Below are positions 9,100 to 16,730 of a stretch of DNA of 64,000 nucleotides, piece by piece. The stretch lies in assembly GCA_040223615.1 (NCBI GenBank), contig JAVKFY010000027.1, positions 1,220 to 65,219 on the forward strand, in the 5' to 3' direction. How positions within the stretch are numbered: the first letter of the stretch is position 1; each line of letters begins with the position of its first letter. The notes under the pieces are model-generated. The model saw nothing but the letters and a program-made list of their open reading frames with translations, searched no databases and was not told where the DNA came from. The translations under genes and the position numbers were made by a program. The stretch comes from Alphaproteobacteria bacterium. Its GTDB lineage: Bacteria > Pseudomonadota > Alphaproteobacteria > GCA-2731375.

Positions 9100-9179
9100 T
9101 GGTGCGGGCGGGGGGACTCGAACCCCCACGGGCGCATGCCCTACGGATTTTCGTACCGACTACGGCTTTCGCCGCCCGC
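9100..9179 (-). tRNA. tRNA-like element (possible tRNA pseudogene or att-site remnant) lacking a canonical anticodon arm
   Basis: Minus strand reads GCGGGCG...GGGGGTTCGAGTCCCCC-CGCCCGC-A-CCA. That is a perfect 7-bp acceptor stem, a canonical T-arm/T-loop and an encoded CCA. No 5-bp/7-nt anticodon stem-loop or D-arm can be drawn in the 45 nt between them. Confidence 0.35.
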
Positions 9180-9372
9180 CAGCCTAGGCGGTTTGCGGTC
9201 TGGACTATCCCTTCACCGTATCCGGGCTTCCGCCCGGATGTAGGTGCTGCCCGTCTAGTCTCTACACCTTCCCGGCCGCTGGCCGGGCTTGGCTCGGGAT
9301 TGCCATTTCACAGGTTCCCCCGAGTTTGAGCAGTTCTACTCCTGCGGTTTCCCGCAAGGCACTCAAGCGTCT

Positions 9373-9410
9373 CAAGTCCGTTGCGTCTGCCAGTTCCGCC
9401 ACGCCCGCAC
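9373..9410. repeat. Direct repeat copy A (att-like) flanking the integrase
   Basis: caagtccgttgcgtctgccagttccgccacgcccgcac. 33/39 identity with copy B at 10783-10820, same orientation. Confidence 0.55.
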
Positions 9411-9451
9411 ACCTTCTGTATAAAGGCGGCTCCGGCGACCTGCAAAACCTA

Positions 9452-10660
9452 TTAGGGCTGCGCTGCGCCTGCCCCCGTCTCGCCTTCACCCACGGCCTGT
9501 TTAGTCTTCGGCCGCTCCCGGCGGACGTTGATGGCGGCAACATCAAGGGCCGTCCGCAGATGAACGGCGTAGTACTTTTCGATCATCTCCACGCTGGTGC
9601 GGCAGTTCTTGGCGATCTGGTAGATGTCCGCACCCTCCATGAGCCGAAGGCATATGTAGGTGTGGCGCAGGCTGTAGGCGGTCCTCCGGTTGCCCTCCCG
9701 ATCGAACTTCAACGCCTCCTCAGCCAGCACCGCATTGAGCATCTCGCGGTGGTGGATCGGGAACAGCCGCGCCGTCATCGTCTCGGGCGCATTCCGCTTC
9801 AGGATGCGCCGATAGGGCGTCACGGCCCCCGGCATGCTCATGCAGTAGCCGACGCCTCGCTTGCCCCGAACGACGATCTCCAGGATTTCCTCGTCGCTGT
9901 CATCGACGACCTTGACGTCCCGGAACTCCAGTCTGGAAGCCTCGTCAGGGCGCAAGCCCGTGTTGGCCATGAACAGCACGTAGTCGTGTAGCTGCTCCGC
10001 GTGCCATTGCCAGCGCTTGCCCTTGGCCTCCCTCGCCCGCTTGCGCGTCGCGGTGTAGAGCTGCCGATACTCGTCGGGCGAGAACCAAGCCCGATGCGAG
10101 ACCTTGCCGGAGCTGCGGTACGGCTCCGACAGATCCGGCAGGTGTTGCAGCCAGCCGTGGCGCAAGGCGGTCTTGAGGACCTGGCGCAGGCAGACGATTT
10201 CCTGATGCATGGTGTTCCGGGCGGGCGGCTTGCCGTAAAGCTCCATTGCCTTTTGACGGCGGTGAATGCGGTACTCCTGCACCTGACCGGGCGATATCTC
10301 TGAAAGCCCCATGCTGCCGAAGAACGGGATCAGGTGAAGCTTCAGGCGGCGCTTGTGCCCGGCCACATACTGGGCGTTGCGCTCCCCCTCGGTGATGATC
10401 TCGTACTCGCGCTCGAACTGTACCGCCGCGTCCTTGAAGGTCTTCTCGGTCTTGATCTCGCCGCTGCGCAGCTTGCCACGCAGATCAAGGTACCAGTCCT
10501 CCGCTACCTCCTTCGCCCGCGCCAGGCTTTGCTCCTTGGTGGTCGCCCGCCTGTTCTTGCCCGCCTCGTAGGCCGAACACTGCCAGAAGCGGCTGCCCGG
10601 CCGCTTGTATACGTGCAGCCGACCGCCCATCAGAGAGAAGGTTCCGGCGCTCTCGCTCAT
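9452..10660 (-). CDS. int: Tyrosine-type site-specific recombinase / phage integrase
   Basis: 402 aa. C-terminal catalytic residues in the LRHTYICL…Y context (R..H..RH..Y). AT-rich promoter region upstream at 10661-10780. Confidence 0.9.
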   Translation of the reverse strand: MSESAGTFSLMGGRLHVYKRPGSRFWQCSAYEAGKNRRATTKEQSLARAKEVAEDWYLDLRGKLRSGEIKTEKTFKDAAVQFEREYEIITEGERNAQYVAGHKRRLKLHLIPFFGSMGLSEISPGQVQEYRIHRRQKAMELYGKPPARNTMHQEIVCLRQVLKTALRHGWLQHLPDLSEPYRSSGKVSHRAWFSPDEYRQLYTATRKRAREAKGKRWQWHAEQLHDYVLFMANTGLRPDEASRLEFRDVKVVDDSDEEILEIVVRGKRGVGYCMSMPGAVTPYRRILKRNAPETMTARLFPIHHREMLNAVLAEEALKFDREGNRRTAYSLRHTYICLRLMEGADIYQIAKNCRTSVEMIEKYYAVHLRTALDVAAINVRRERPKTKQAVGEGETGAGAAQP

Positions 10661-10782
10661 GCCGCTGCTCCGGGCAGAAATATGTGTAAGCTTTGTGGAA
10701 GCCTATCGGAGACCCTAATATTTTGTCAAGACATTGATTTATATGACTTTCTTCACGACATCTAGTGCGTAAAGCGCGATTT

Positions 10783-10820
10783 TAAGTCCCTTGCGTCTAC
10801 CAATTCCGCCAAGCCCGGAC
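10783..10820. repeat. Direct repeat copy B (att-like) at the island/core junction
   Basis: taagtcccttgcgtctaccaattccgccaagcccggac. Abuts the 3' end of the esterase gene (stop at 10832-10834). Confidence 0.55.
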
Positions 10821-10831
10821 GGTGGCGCAGT

Positions 10832-11644
10832 CTAGGCCAACGCCTGGCCCAGCGCGAAGTCGCGGATGCGGCGCTTGGCGTCGGCGGCGGCGTCGCTGTC
10901 GGGGTTGGCGCTGATGAAGGTGTGCGGCTGGCCGTCGTACTTCACCACTTCGATATGGCCGCCGGCGGCGCGGTAGGCGTCGGCGAACAGGTCGGCGCGG
11001 TGGTGCTCGACGTTGGAGTCCTCGGTGCCCTGCAGCACCAGCATCGGCGGCTTGTGCGTCGCCTCGCCGCGCGTTAGCAACAGGTGCGGACTGCCGGCTG
11101 CCATCGCCGCCTCGTCGGCGAAGTAGGCGTGATGCGCGGCCTGGATGCGCTCGTTGCCGCTGGCCTGCACGAAGCGGTAGCGCGCCAGGGGATCGAGGAT
11201 CGGCCAGCCGAGCGCCACGAAATCCACGCTGGCGTCGACGCCGGCCAGCGCCGGGTCGTCGTTGGTGTAGGCCGCACCGGCCGGGCACAACGCCACCAGG
11301 CCGAGCTGCTGGCCGCCACTGGAGAAGCCGAGGCCGCCGACCTTGCTGGCCTTCACGCCGAGCTGGTCGAGATTGGCCTTGAACCAGCGGATGCCGTGGC
11401 TGACGTCGGCCACCGGCGCCGGGTACTTCGCCTGCGTGGAGAGCCGGAAATCGAGCGCGAAGACGCCGACACCGCCGGCCGCCAGGTCCTCGTGCAGCGC
11501 CTTGTTCGACAGCCGGTCCTGCATCTGCCAGGCGCCGCCGTGGACCTCGACTAGGTAGGGCGCCGGGCCGTCGCCGGCCGGGCGGTACAGCTCGCCGGCC
11601 AGCTCCAGGCCGTCGACGCGAGTGTGGATATGGGTCTCGCTCAT
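10832..11644 (-). CDS. Alpha/beta hydrolase fold-3 esterase/lipase
   Basis: HGGAW oxyanion motif and GFSSGG (GxSxG) nucleophile elbow. Start chosen at MSETHIHTRVDG, in frame with the longer ORF-track call. Confidence 0.8.
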   Translation of the reverse strand: MSETHIHTRVDGLELAGELYRPAGDGPAPYLVEVHGGAWQMQDRLSNKALHEDLAAGGVGVFALDFRLSTQAKYPAPVADVSHGIRWFKANLDQLGVKASKVGGLGFSSGGQQLGLVALCPAGAAYTNDDPALAGVDASVDFVALGWPILDPLARYRFVQASGNERIQAAHHAYFADEAAMAAGSPHLLLTRGEATHKPPMLVLQGTEDSNVEHHRADLFADAYRAAGGHIEVVKYDGQPHTFISANPDSDAAADAKRRIRDFALGQALA

Positions 11645-11654
11645 GGCCGCAACT

Positions 11655-12428
11655 CTACGCCACCTCGGCGCGCGACGGCAGGGTCGAGATCGCGTCGGCG
11701 TAGGTGCGCAGTGCCTCGCGGCCGCGCGGGCTGGGGGCGTAGACGCCGCGCCTGACACGCTCGAACCAGCCATAGACGTCGCGCTGCAGGATGCCGGCGG
11801 CGCGGCCGACCCCGGTCTGCGCCCGCAGCATCGCCAGCGACAGCTCACCGGCGCGATCCAGCGCGGCCAGGCAGCGCAGCGCGTCCTGGCGGTAGGCGGT
11901 CATGACTTTCACCCGGTTGGCCCCGCCGGTGTTGGGGTCGCCGACGCGGTGCGCGAACTCCTTCAGCAGCCGCCGGCGGCGGCGCGGATTGCCGCGCGGC
12001 ACGTAGGGCACGGGGTCGAGGATCGCGCGCGCTTCGCCATGCTCGACCAGCAGGATCCCGAGCCCGATGCGCCGGCACAGCGCCTTGATGTCGCGCCAGC
12101 GCCGACCGAGCCGGGGCACCGCGATGTAGACCGCGTCGGTGAGCTTGAGCCGGTTCACGCCCTGCAGCAGCAGGTCGAGGTTGAAGCGCACCTTGAGCTC
12201 GACCACGACGACCGCGCCGTCGCGCACCGCGACCACGTCGCAGCCCTCGACCTCCGCCTTCACGTCATAGCCCTGGCCGGCCAGGAACGCCTTCACCGGC
12301 GCGTAGAGTTCGGCCTCGCGCAACCGCCTCGCCTCCGAATCTCCCGCGATGGTAGCCGGACCGGCACGCAATTTGCTCCTGATCGCCAGGGCGCGCCGGT
12401 ATCGCGCGTCGGCGGAGGGCAAACGCAT
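11655..12428 (-). CDS. Conserved hypothetical protein with PD-(D/E)xK-like motif
   Basis: …CDVVAV…VVVELKV… resembles a restriction-endonuclease-like core, with a C-terminal Arg-rich region. Its start codon overlaps the divergent EF-hand gene start (gcATGa read on both strands). Confidence 0.5.
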   Translation of the reverse strand: MRLPSADARYRRALAIRSKLRAGPATIAGDSEARRLREAELYAPVKAFLAGQGYDVKAEVEGCDVVAVRDGAVVVVELKVRFNLDLLLQGVNRLKLTDAVYIAVPRLGRRWRDIKALCRRIGLGILLVEHGEARAILDPVPYVPRGNPRRRRRLLKEFAHRVGDPNTGGANRVKVMTAYRQDALRCLAALDRAGELSLAMLRAQTGVGRAAGILQRDVYGWFERVRRGVYAPSPRGREALRTYADAISTLPSRAEVA

Positions 12429-13449
12429 GACGATTCACGGTATCGGCCACGGTCACGGTCACCATTTCCACGGACTCGGGCGGCACAGCTTCGGCCGGGC
12501 GGACGGCGACGACGACGGCAAGCTCAGCCGCGAGGAGCTCGAAACTGCCGGGCAAGATTTGCCGGGCGGCAAGAAACGCCTGGCGCGGCTGGAGGCGCGG
12601 TTCGACAAGATCGACTCGGACGGCGACGGGGCGCTGACCCGCACGGAGATTCGCGACGGCATCCGCGCCGACATGCGCGACCTGCTGTTGCGCAGCCAGG
12701 AGGCGCGCGACACGCGCCGCGCGGAACGGCTGATGGACAAGGCCGACGGCGACGACGACGGCCTGCTGAGCGCCGACGAGCTCGACGCATTCGCCGAGAA
12801 CGTGCGGCCCGGCAGCCGCATGGCGGCACGGGTCGAGCTGCTGCAACGTTTCTTCGATGCCGCCGACGGCGACGAGAATGGCGGGCTCAGCACCAGGGAG
12901 ATCGCCGGCTTCCTGGGCGAGGTGCGCCAGGCGTATGGCGATTTTGTCGACGGCCTGCGCGCCGACGACGCCTTCGGCCAGTTCCTGGCCGAGCGGTTCG
13001 GCCCCAAGGCGACGACCGACGAGGACGGCGCGGCGCCCGACAGCACGGTCACGACGACGACCACGACTGTCACCACGACGACCGAGCCGGCCAGCGAGCC
13101 CGACGAGACCACGGCACCGGCACCGATCCCGTTCCACGGCAAGCGCTACGGCTTCTTCGGCGAGCGCGGCGACCTGTTGCTGCGCTACTTCGACCAGGCC
13201 GATGGCGACGACGATGGCGGCCTGACCAAGGACGAGATCAATGGCTTCTTCAAGGAACTGAAGGGCGCGTTCCGCGATTTCGTCTCCGGCTTGCGCGAGC
13301 AGGACGCCTTCGGTCAGTTCCTCGACGCCCGCTTCGCCGCCCCGGCGGAGAGCGACGAAGCGCCGGAGGAAGCGGGCGACGACGGCGAGATCACGACCAC
13401 CGTCACCACCACGACAACGACCACCACCACCACGGTGACGACCGGTTAG
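12427..13449 (+). CDS. EF-hand calcium-binding repeat protein with Thr-rich tracts
   Basis: Five canonical EF loops (DGDDDGKLSREE, DSDGDGALTRTE, DGDDDGLLSADE, DGDENGGLSTRE, DGDDDGGLTKDE). Internal duplication. TTTTTVTTTTE and TTTVTTTTTTTTTTVTTG tracts. Confidence 0.8.
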   Translation: MTIHGIGHGHGHHFHGLGRHSFGRADGDDDGKLSREELETAGQDLPGGKKRLARLEARFDKIDSDGDGALTRTEIRDGIRADMRDLLLRSQEARDTRRAERLMDKADGDDDGLLSADELDAFAENVRPGSRMAARVELLQRFFDAADGDENGGLSTREIAGFLGEVRQAYGDFVDGLRADDAFGQFLAERFGPKATTDEDGAAPDSTVTTTTTTVTTTTEPASEPDETTAPAPIPFHGKRYGFFGERGDLLLRYFDQADGDDDGGLTKDEINGFFKELKGAFRDFVSGLREQDAFGQFLDARFAAPAESDEAPEEAGDDGEITTTVTTTTTTTTTTVTTG

Positions 13450-13468
13450 ATTTCGTAGCCCGGTAGGG

Positions 13469-13954
13469 CTACAGCCGCCAATCGGTTTGGTAGAGCACCA
13501 GCGCGAAGGACTGGCAGTCGACCCCGTCACGGCGGCTGTGGTGTTGCGGCGCGCCGTCCGGGTCGTCGACGAAGCCGAAACGGGCGTAGAGCCGGCGGGC
13601 GCGGTGATTGTCCTCGAACACGCGCAGCTTGTAGCGGGCGATGCCGGTGGCGAAGGCAGCGTCGATGAGCCGGCGCAGGAAGTCACTGCCGGTGCCGCGC
13701 GCGGCACCGGTCACGGCGATGCGGCGCAGCAGCAGCGCGCCGGGCATCGACACGTAGCCCTCGGTCAGCGCGTAGCCGACCGGCGCGCCGGCGTCTTCGG
13801 CGATGACTTGCGAGAAATCCGGATCGGCCAGGAAGCGACGATGCTCATCCAGGTCCGAGCCGCCGATGAAAGCCAGCATGTCCGGCCGATGTTCAAGCGC
13901 CACGATCCAGGGCAGGTCGGCCGCGACCGCCGCACGCAGGCGAAGGGCCGTCAA
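13469..13954 (-). CDS. GNAT family N-acetyltransferase
   Basis: Acetyl-CoA binding region …RRIAVTGAARGTGSDFLRRL… Probable TTG start overlapping the upstream GNAT stop (TTGA). Confidence 0.7.
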   Translation of the reverse strand: MTALRLRAAVAADLPWIVALEHRPDMLAFIGGSDLDEHRRFLADPDFSQVIAEDAGAPVGYALTEGYVSMPGALLLRRIAVTGAARGTGSDFLRRLIDAAFATGIARYKLRVFEDNHRARRLYARFGFVDDPDGAPQHHSRRDGVDCQSFALVLYQTDWRL

Positions 13955-14538
13955 GCGGTCAGCATCCCCGGCAGGTCGATGCCGCTGAGCTCTGCTGCGG
14001 CTTCCTCCAGCCAGGCGACGTCGTCCCACAGATAGCGCACGACAGCCAACGGCGCGCCGGCGACGGATACTGTCTTCTCGCCGTCGAGCTCGCCGTGCAG
14101 GACGTCGTAAAATTGCCGCGCCGGGTTGTCGCGCAGCACCCAGATGCAGACCCGCTTGATGCCGTCGGCCATCATCTGCGCCGCGCTCTCGGCCAGCAGC
14201 CGGCGGCCGAGGCCCTGGCGCTGCGCGTCGGCCAGCAGGTAGATGGTGTAGACCTCGCCGAGCCGCTCGTCGTCGACGCCCTCGCGGCAGCGGCCGCAGG
14301 TGGCGAAACCGACGACCTGGCCGCGTCGCTCGGCGACCAGTGCGTGACGGCCCGGCGGCGGCCGGCGCAGCGCGTCGCGCCAGTAGGTGGTCTCGTGCGG
14401 CACCGACAGCGCGCTCAGCACCGAGCGCGGCACGATGCCGCCGTAGGACGACCGCCAGCTGCGCACATAGACCCGTGCCATCGGACTGGCGTCGGCCAGG
14501 GTGGCGGGTCGGATCAAGGTATCGCTCGCGGCGGACAT
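13951..14538 (-). CDS. GNAT family N-acetyltransferase
   Basis: …QVVGFATCG… and Q/RxxGxG/A motif (AQRQGLGRRLL). Confidence 0.8.
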   Translation of the reverse strand: MSAASDTLIRPATLADASPMARVYVRSWRSSYGGIVPRSVLSALSVPHETTYWRDALRRPPPGRHALVAERRGQVVGFATCGRCREGVDDERLGEVYTIYLLADAQRQGLGRRLLAESAAQMMADGIKRVCIWVLRDNPARQFYDVLHGELDGEKTVSVAGAPLAVVRYLWDDVAWLEEAAAELSGIDLPGMLTA

Positions 14539-14588
14539 GGTCGGAAGCCTAGACCGAGTCTCCGCCGCCTTCGCAAGCCCAAATCGCG

Positions 14589-15362
14589 TCAGCCGGGATC
14601 GTTGGTGTCTTCGATGGTCTCGCCGCCGAGCGCGGTCAGCATGGCGCGCAGCTCGTCCAGCGCCGCAGTGAGCCGCGCCGGGTCCTGGCAGCGGATCACC
14701 AGCGAGGTGCCGAAGCGGCCCTGGCGGTGGAACGGGTAGGAGCCGATGTCGGTGTCGGGGTACTTGTCCTGCAACGCGCCGAGCTGCTTGGCCACCGTGC
14801 CCTCGGCCAGGAACACCGCGATGGAGCGGCTCTGGACCGGGGCGCCGCCGACCAGCTTGTGCTTCAGGCTTTCGAACATGGCGTGGGCGACGACCGGGAT
14901 GCCGGCCAGCACGAAGACGTTCTCGATCTGGAAGCCCGGCGCCTTGGAAATCGGGTTCTCCACCATCGTCGCGCCGAACGGCAGCCGAGCCATGCGCAGG
15001 CGCGCCTCGTTCAGCTCCGCGCCGGTCTTGGCGTAGTGCGCCTCCATAAGCGCGCGGGCCTCGGGGTCGACGTCGATGCCGACGCCGAACGCCTTGGCGA
15101 CGGAATCGGCGGTGATGTCGTCGTGCGTCGGGCCGATGCCGCCGGTGGTAAAGACGTAATCGTACTTCGCCCGGGTTTCGTTCACCGCGGCGACGATCTC
15201 GTCCGTGACGTCGGAAACCACCCGGGCCTCGCGTACCTGAATGCCCAACGCGTTCAGGTTCTCGGCCAGGAAGGGCAGGTTGGCGTCCTTGGTGCGCCCC
15301 GACAGGATCTCGTTGCCGATGATCAGCACGGCGGCGGTGACGGTCTTTGGAGCTTCGGCCAT
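14589..15362 (-). CDS. CinA/MoaB-like molybdopterin-binding domain protein
   Basis: …LIIGNEILSGRTKDANLPFL… and …TTGGIGPTHDDIT… motifs of the MoCF-binding (CinA N-terminal) fold. Start at MAEAPKTV. Confidence 0.75.
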   Translation of the reverse strand: MAEAPKTVTAAVLIIGNEILSGRTKDANLPFLAENLNALGIQVREARVVSDVTDEIVAAVNETRAKYDYVFTTGGIGPTHDDITADSVAKAFGVGIDVDPEARALMEAHYAKTGAELNEARLRMARLPFGATMVENPISKAPGFQIENVFVLAGIPVVAHAMFESLKHKLVGGAPVQSRSIAVFLAEGTVAKQLGALQDKYPDTDIGSYPFHRQGRFGTSLVIRCQDPARLTAALDELRAMLTALGGETIEDTNDPG

Positions 15363-15441
15363 GGCTTGTCTTGTGAGCGATAACGGTTCGCGGTTATAGC
15401 ACCCGCACGGCGGGCGCGACATCGGGACGGGAGCCGAAGCA

Positions 15442-16467
15442 ATGCTGAAGCAAGTACAACTCGGACGTAGCGGGCTGCGGGTGTCGCGGCTGTGCCTGGG
15501 CACGATGAATTTCGGCGAACCGGGCGCCATGCACGGCGACTGGATGCTATCGATCGAGGAGGCGCGGCCAATCTTCAAGGCCGCCATCGAGCATGGGCTG
15601 ACCTATTTCGACTGCGCCAACGTCTACGGCGGCGGCAGTTGTGAGCGCACCGTCGGCGCGCTGCTGCGCGAACTGCTGCCGCGACACGACTACGTCCTCA
15701 CCACGAAGGTCGCGGCCCCGGTCGGCAAGGGCGCGAATAGCGGCGGCCTGTCGCGCAAGCACATCATGGAGAGCATCGACGCCAGCCTGAAGCGGCTCGG
15801 CCTGGACTATGTCGACCAGCTCGTCATTCACCGCCACCCGCATGGCTTCGCCGGTGTCACGCAGGCCCCGGTGGAGGAAGCCATGGAGGCGCTGCACGAC
15901 GTGGTGAAGGCCGGCAAAGCGCTCTACATCGGCGGCTCGTCGATGTTCGCGTGGCAGTTCGTCGAACTGCAGATGACGGCCGAGCGCAACGGCTGGACCA
16001 AGTTCATCTCGATGCAGAACCACTACAACCTGATCTACCGCGAGGAAGAACGGGAGATGAACCCGTACTGCGCCGGCACCGGGATCGGCCTGACTCCGTG
16101 GTCGCCGCTGGCGCGCGGCATCCTGGCCGGCGCTTACCAGGGCGGATTCGGCGGCGGCTCGACGGCGCGCTCCAAGGGCTCCGACCGGGAACGCGCGGAA
16201 AGCCTGTATCGCGGCGAGATGGATTTCGAGATCGCCGGCCGCGTGTTCGAAGTGGCGGAGAAGCTCGGCCACACCCCGGCGCAGGTCGCCATCGCCTGGC
16301 TGCTGTCGAAGCCGGAGGTGACGGCGCCGGTGGTCGGCGTCTCCAAGATCAGCCAGCTCGACCAACTCGTCGCCGCCACCGAGATCGAGCTTTCGGCGGA
16401 CGACGTCGCCTACCTGGAAGAGCTGTACCGGCCAGTGGAGAACCTGCTGACACTGGGCCATTCGTAG
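15442..16467 (+). CDS. Aldo/keto reductase
   Basis: N-terminal …LGRSGLRVSRLCLGTMNFG… typical of AKR family oxidoreductases. Confidence 0.85.
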   Translation: MLKQVQLGRSGLRVSRLCLGTMNFGEPGAMHGDWMLSIEEARPIFKAAIEHGLTYFDCANVYGGGSCERTVGALLRELLPRHDYVLTTKVAAPVGKGANSGGLSRKHIMESIDASLKRLGLDYVDQLVIHRHPHGFAGVTQAPVEEAMEALHDVVKAGKALYIGGSSMFAWQFVELQMTAERNGWTKFISMQNHYNLIYREEEREMNPYCAGTGIGLTPWSPLARGILAGAYQGGFGGGSTARSKGSDRERAESLYRGEMDFEIAGRVFEVAEKLGHTPAQVAIAWLLSKPEVTAPVVGVSKISQLDQLVAATEIELSADDVAYLEELYRPVENLLTLGHS

Positions 16468-16517
16468 CCGCCGCGCCCCGCCCCGGCCTAAGCTGGCGTG
16501 ACAATGCGGCGACAGGG

Positions 16518-16730
16518 ATGACGACGATGACCGACGACGGTATGGAGGCATTGCGGCGGCGCGTTCTGGCCGCAACGGGGCGCGACGTGCCGGCGGCGGA
16601 GATCGCCGCCTATCGTGAACGCTTCCAGCGCATGGTCGCCTTTGCCGAGCGTCTCGCCGTACTCGAGCCGGAACTGGACCTGATCGAGCCGGCCACGGTC
16701 AACGCCACCCTGGGCGGGCGGCAGCCATGA
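16518..16730 (+). CDS. Small GatC/AtzG-like protein (70 aa) coupled to the amidase
   Basis: ATG at 16518. Stop overlaps the amidase start (ATGA at 16727-16730). Size and genomic position resemble a GatC-like small subunit. Confidence 0.5.
   Translation: MTTMTDDGMEALRRRVLAATGRDVPAAEIAAYRERFQRMVAFAERLAVLEPELDLIEPATVNATLGGRQP

Noticed and set aside
9100-9452. Possible tmRNA (ssrA) occupying the 350-nt gap between the tRNA-like 3' end and the integrase, a classic integrase target
   Set aside because: The acceptor stem is GCGGGCG/CGCCCGC with no G3:U70 pair. There is no GGGG… 5' end and no recognisable tag-peptide reading frame ending in …AA-stop. No permuted two-piece arrangement (coding sequence downstream of CCA is the DUF3800 gene).
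11622-13466. 614-aa plus-strand ORF (Arg/His/Asp-rich) overlapping the hydrolase-like and EF-hand genes in another frame
   Set aside because: Low-complexity RRRR/HHDD runs generated by reading GC-rich repeats out of frame. The in-frame EF-hand ORF explains the coding signal.
12265-13707. 480-aa ORF on the minus strand covering the EF-hand gene
   Set aside because: Antisense to an ORF with five canonical EF-hand loops. Composition (Arg/Ala/Gly-rich, no motifs) is typical of spurious antisense ORFs in high-GC DNA.
15951-16730. 259-aa plus-strand ORF spanning the AKR 3' half and the amidase upstream region
   Set aside because: Out of frame with the AKR gene. Only its last 70 codons (16518-16730) show gene-like features, so those are called as the small GatC-like ORF.
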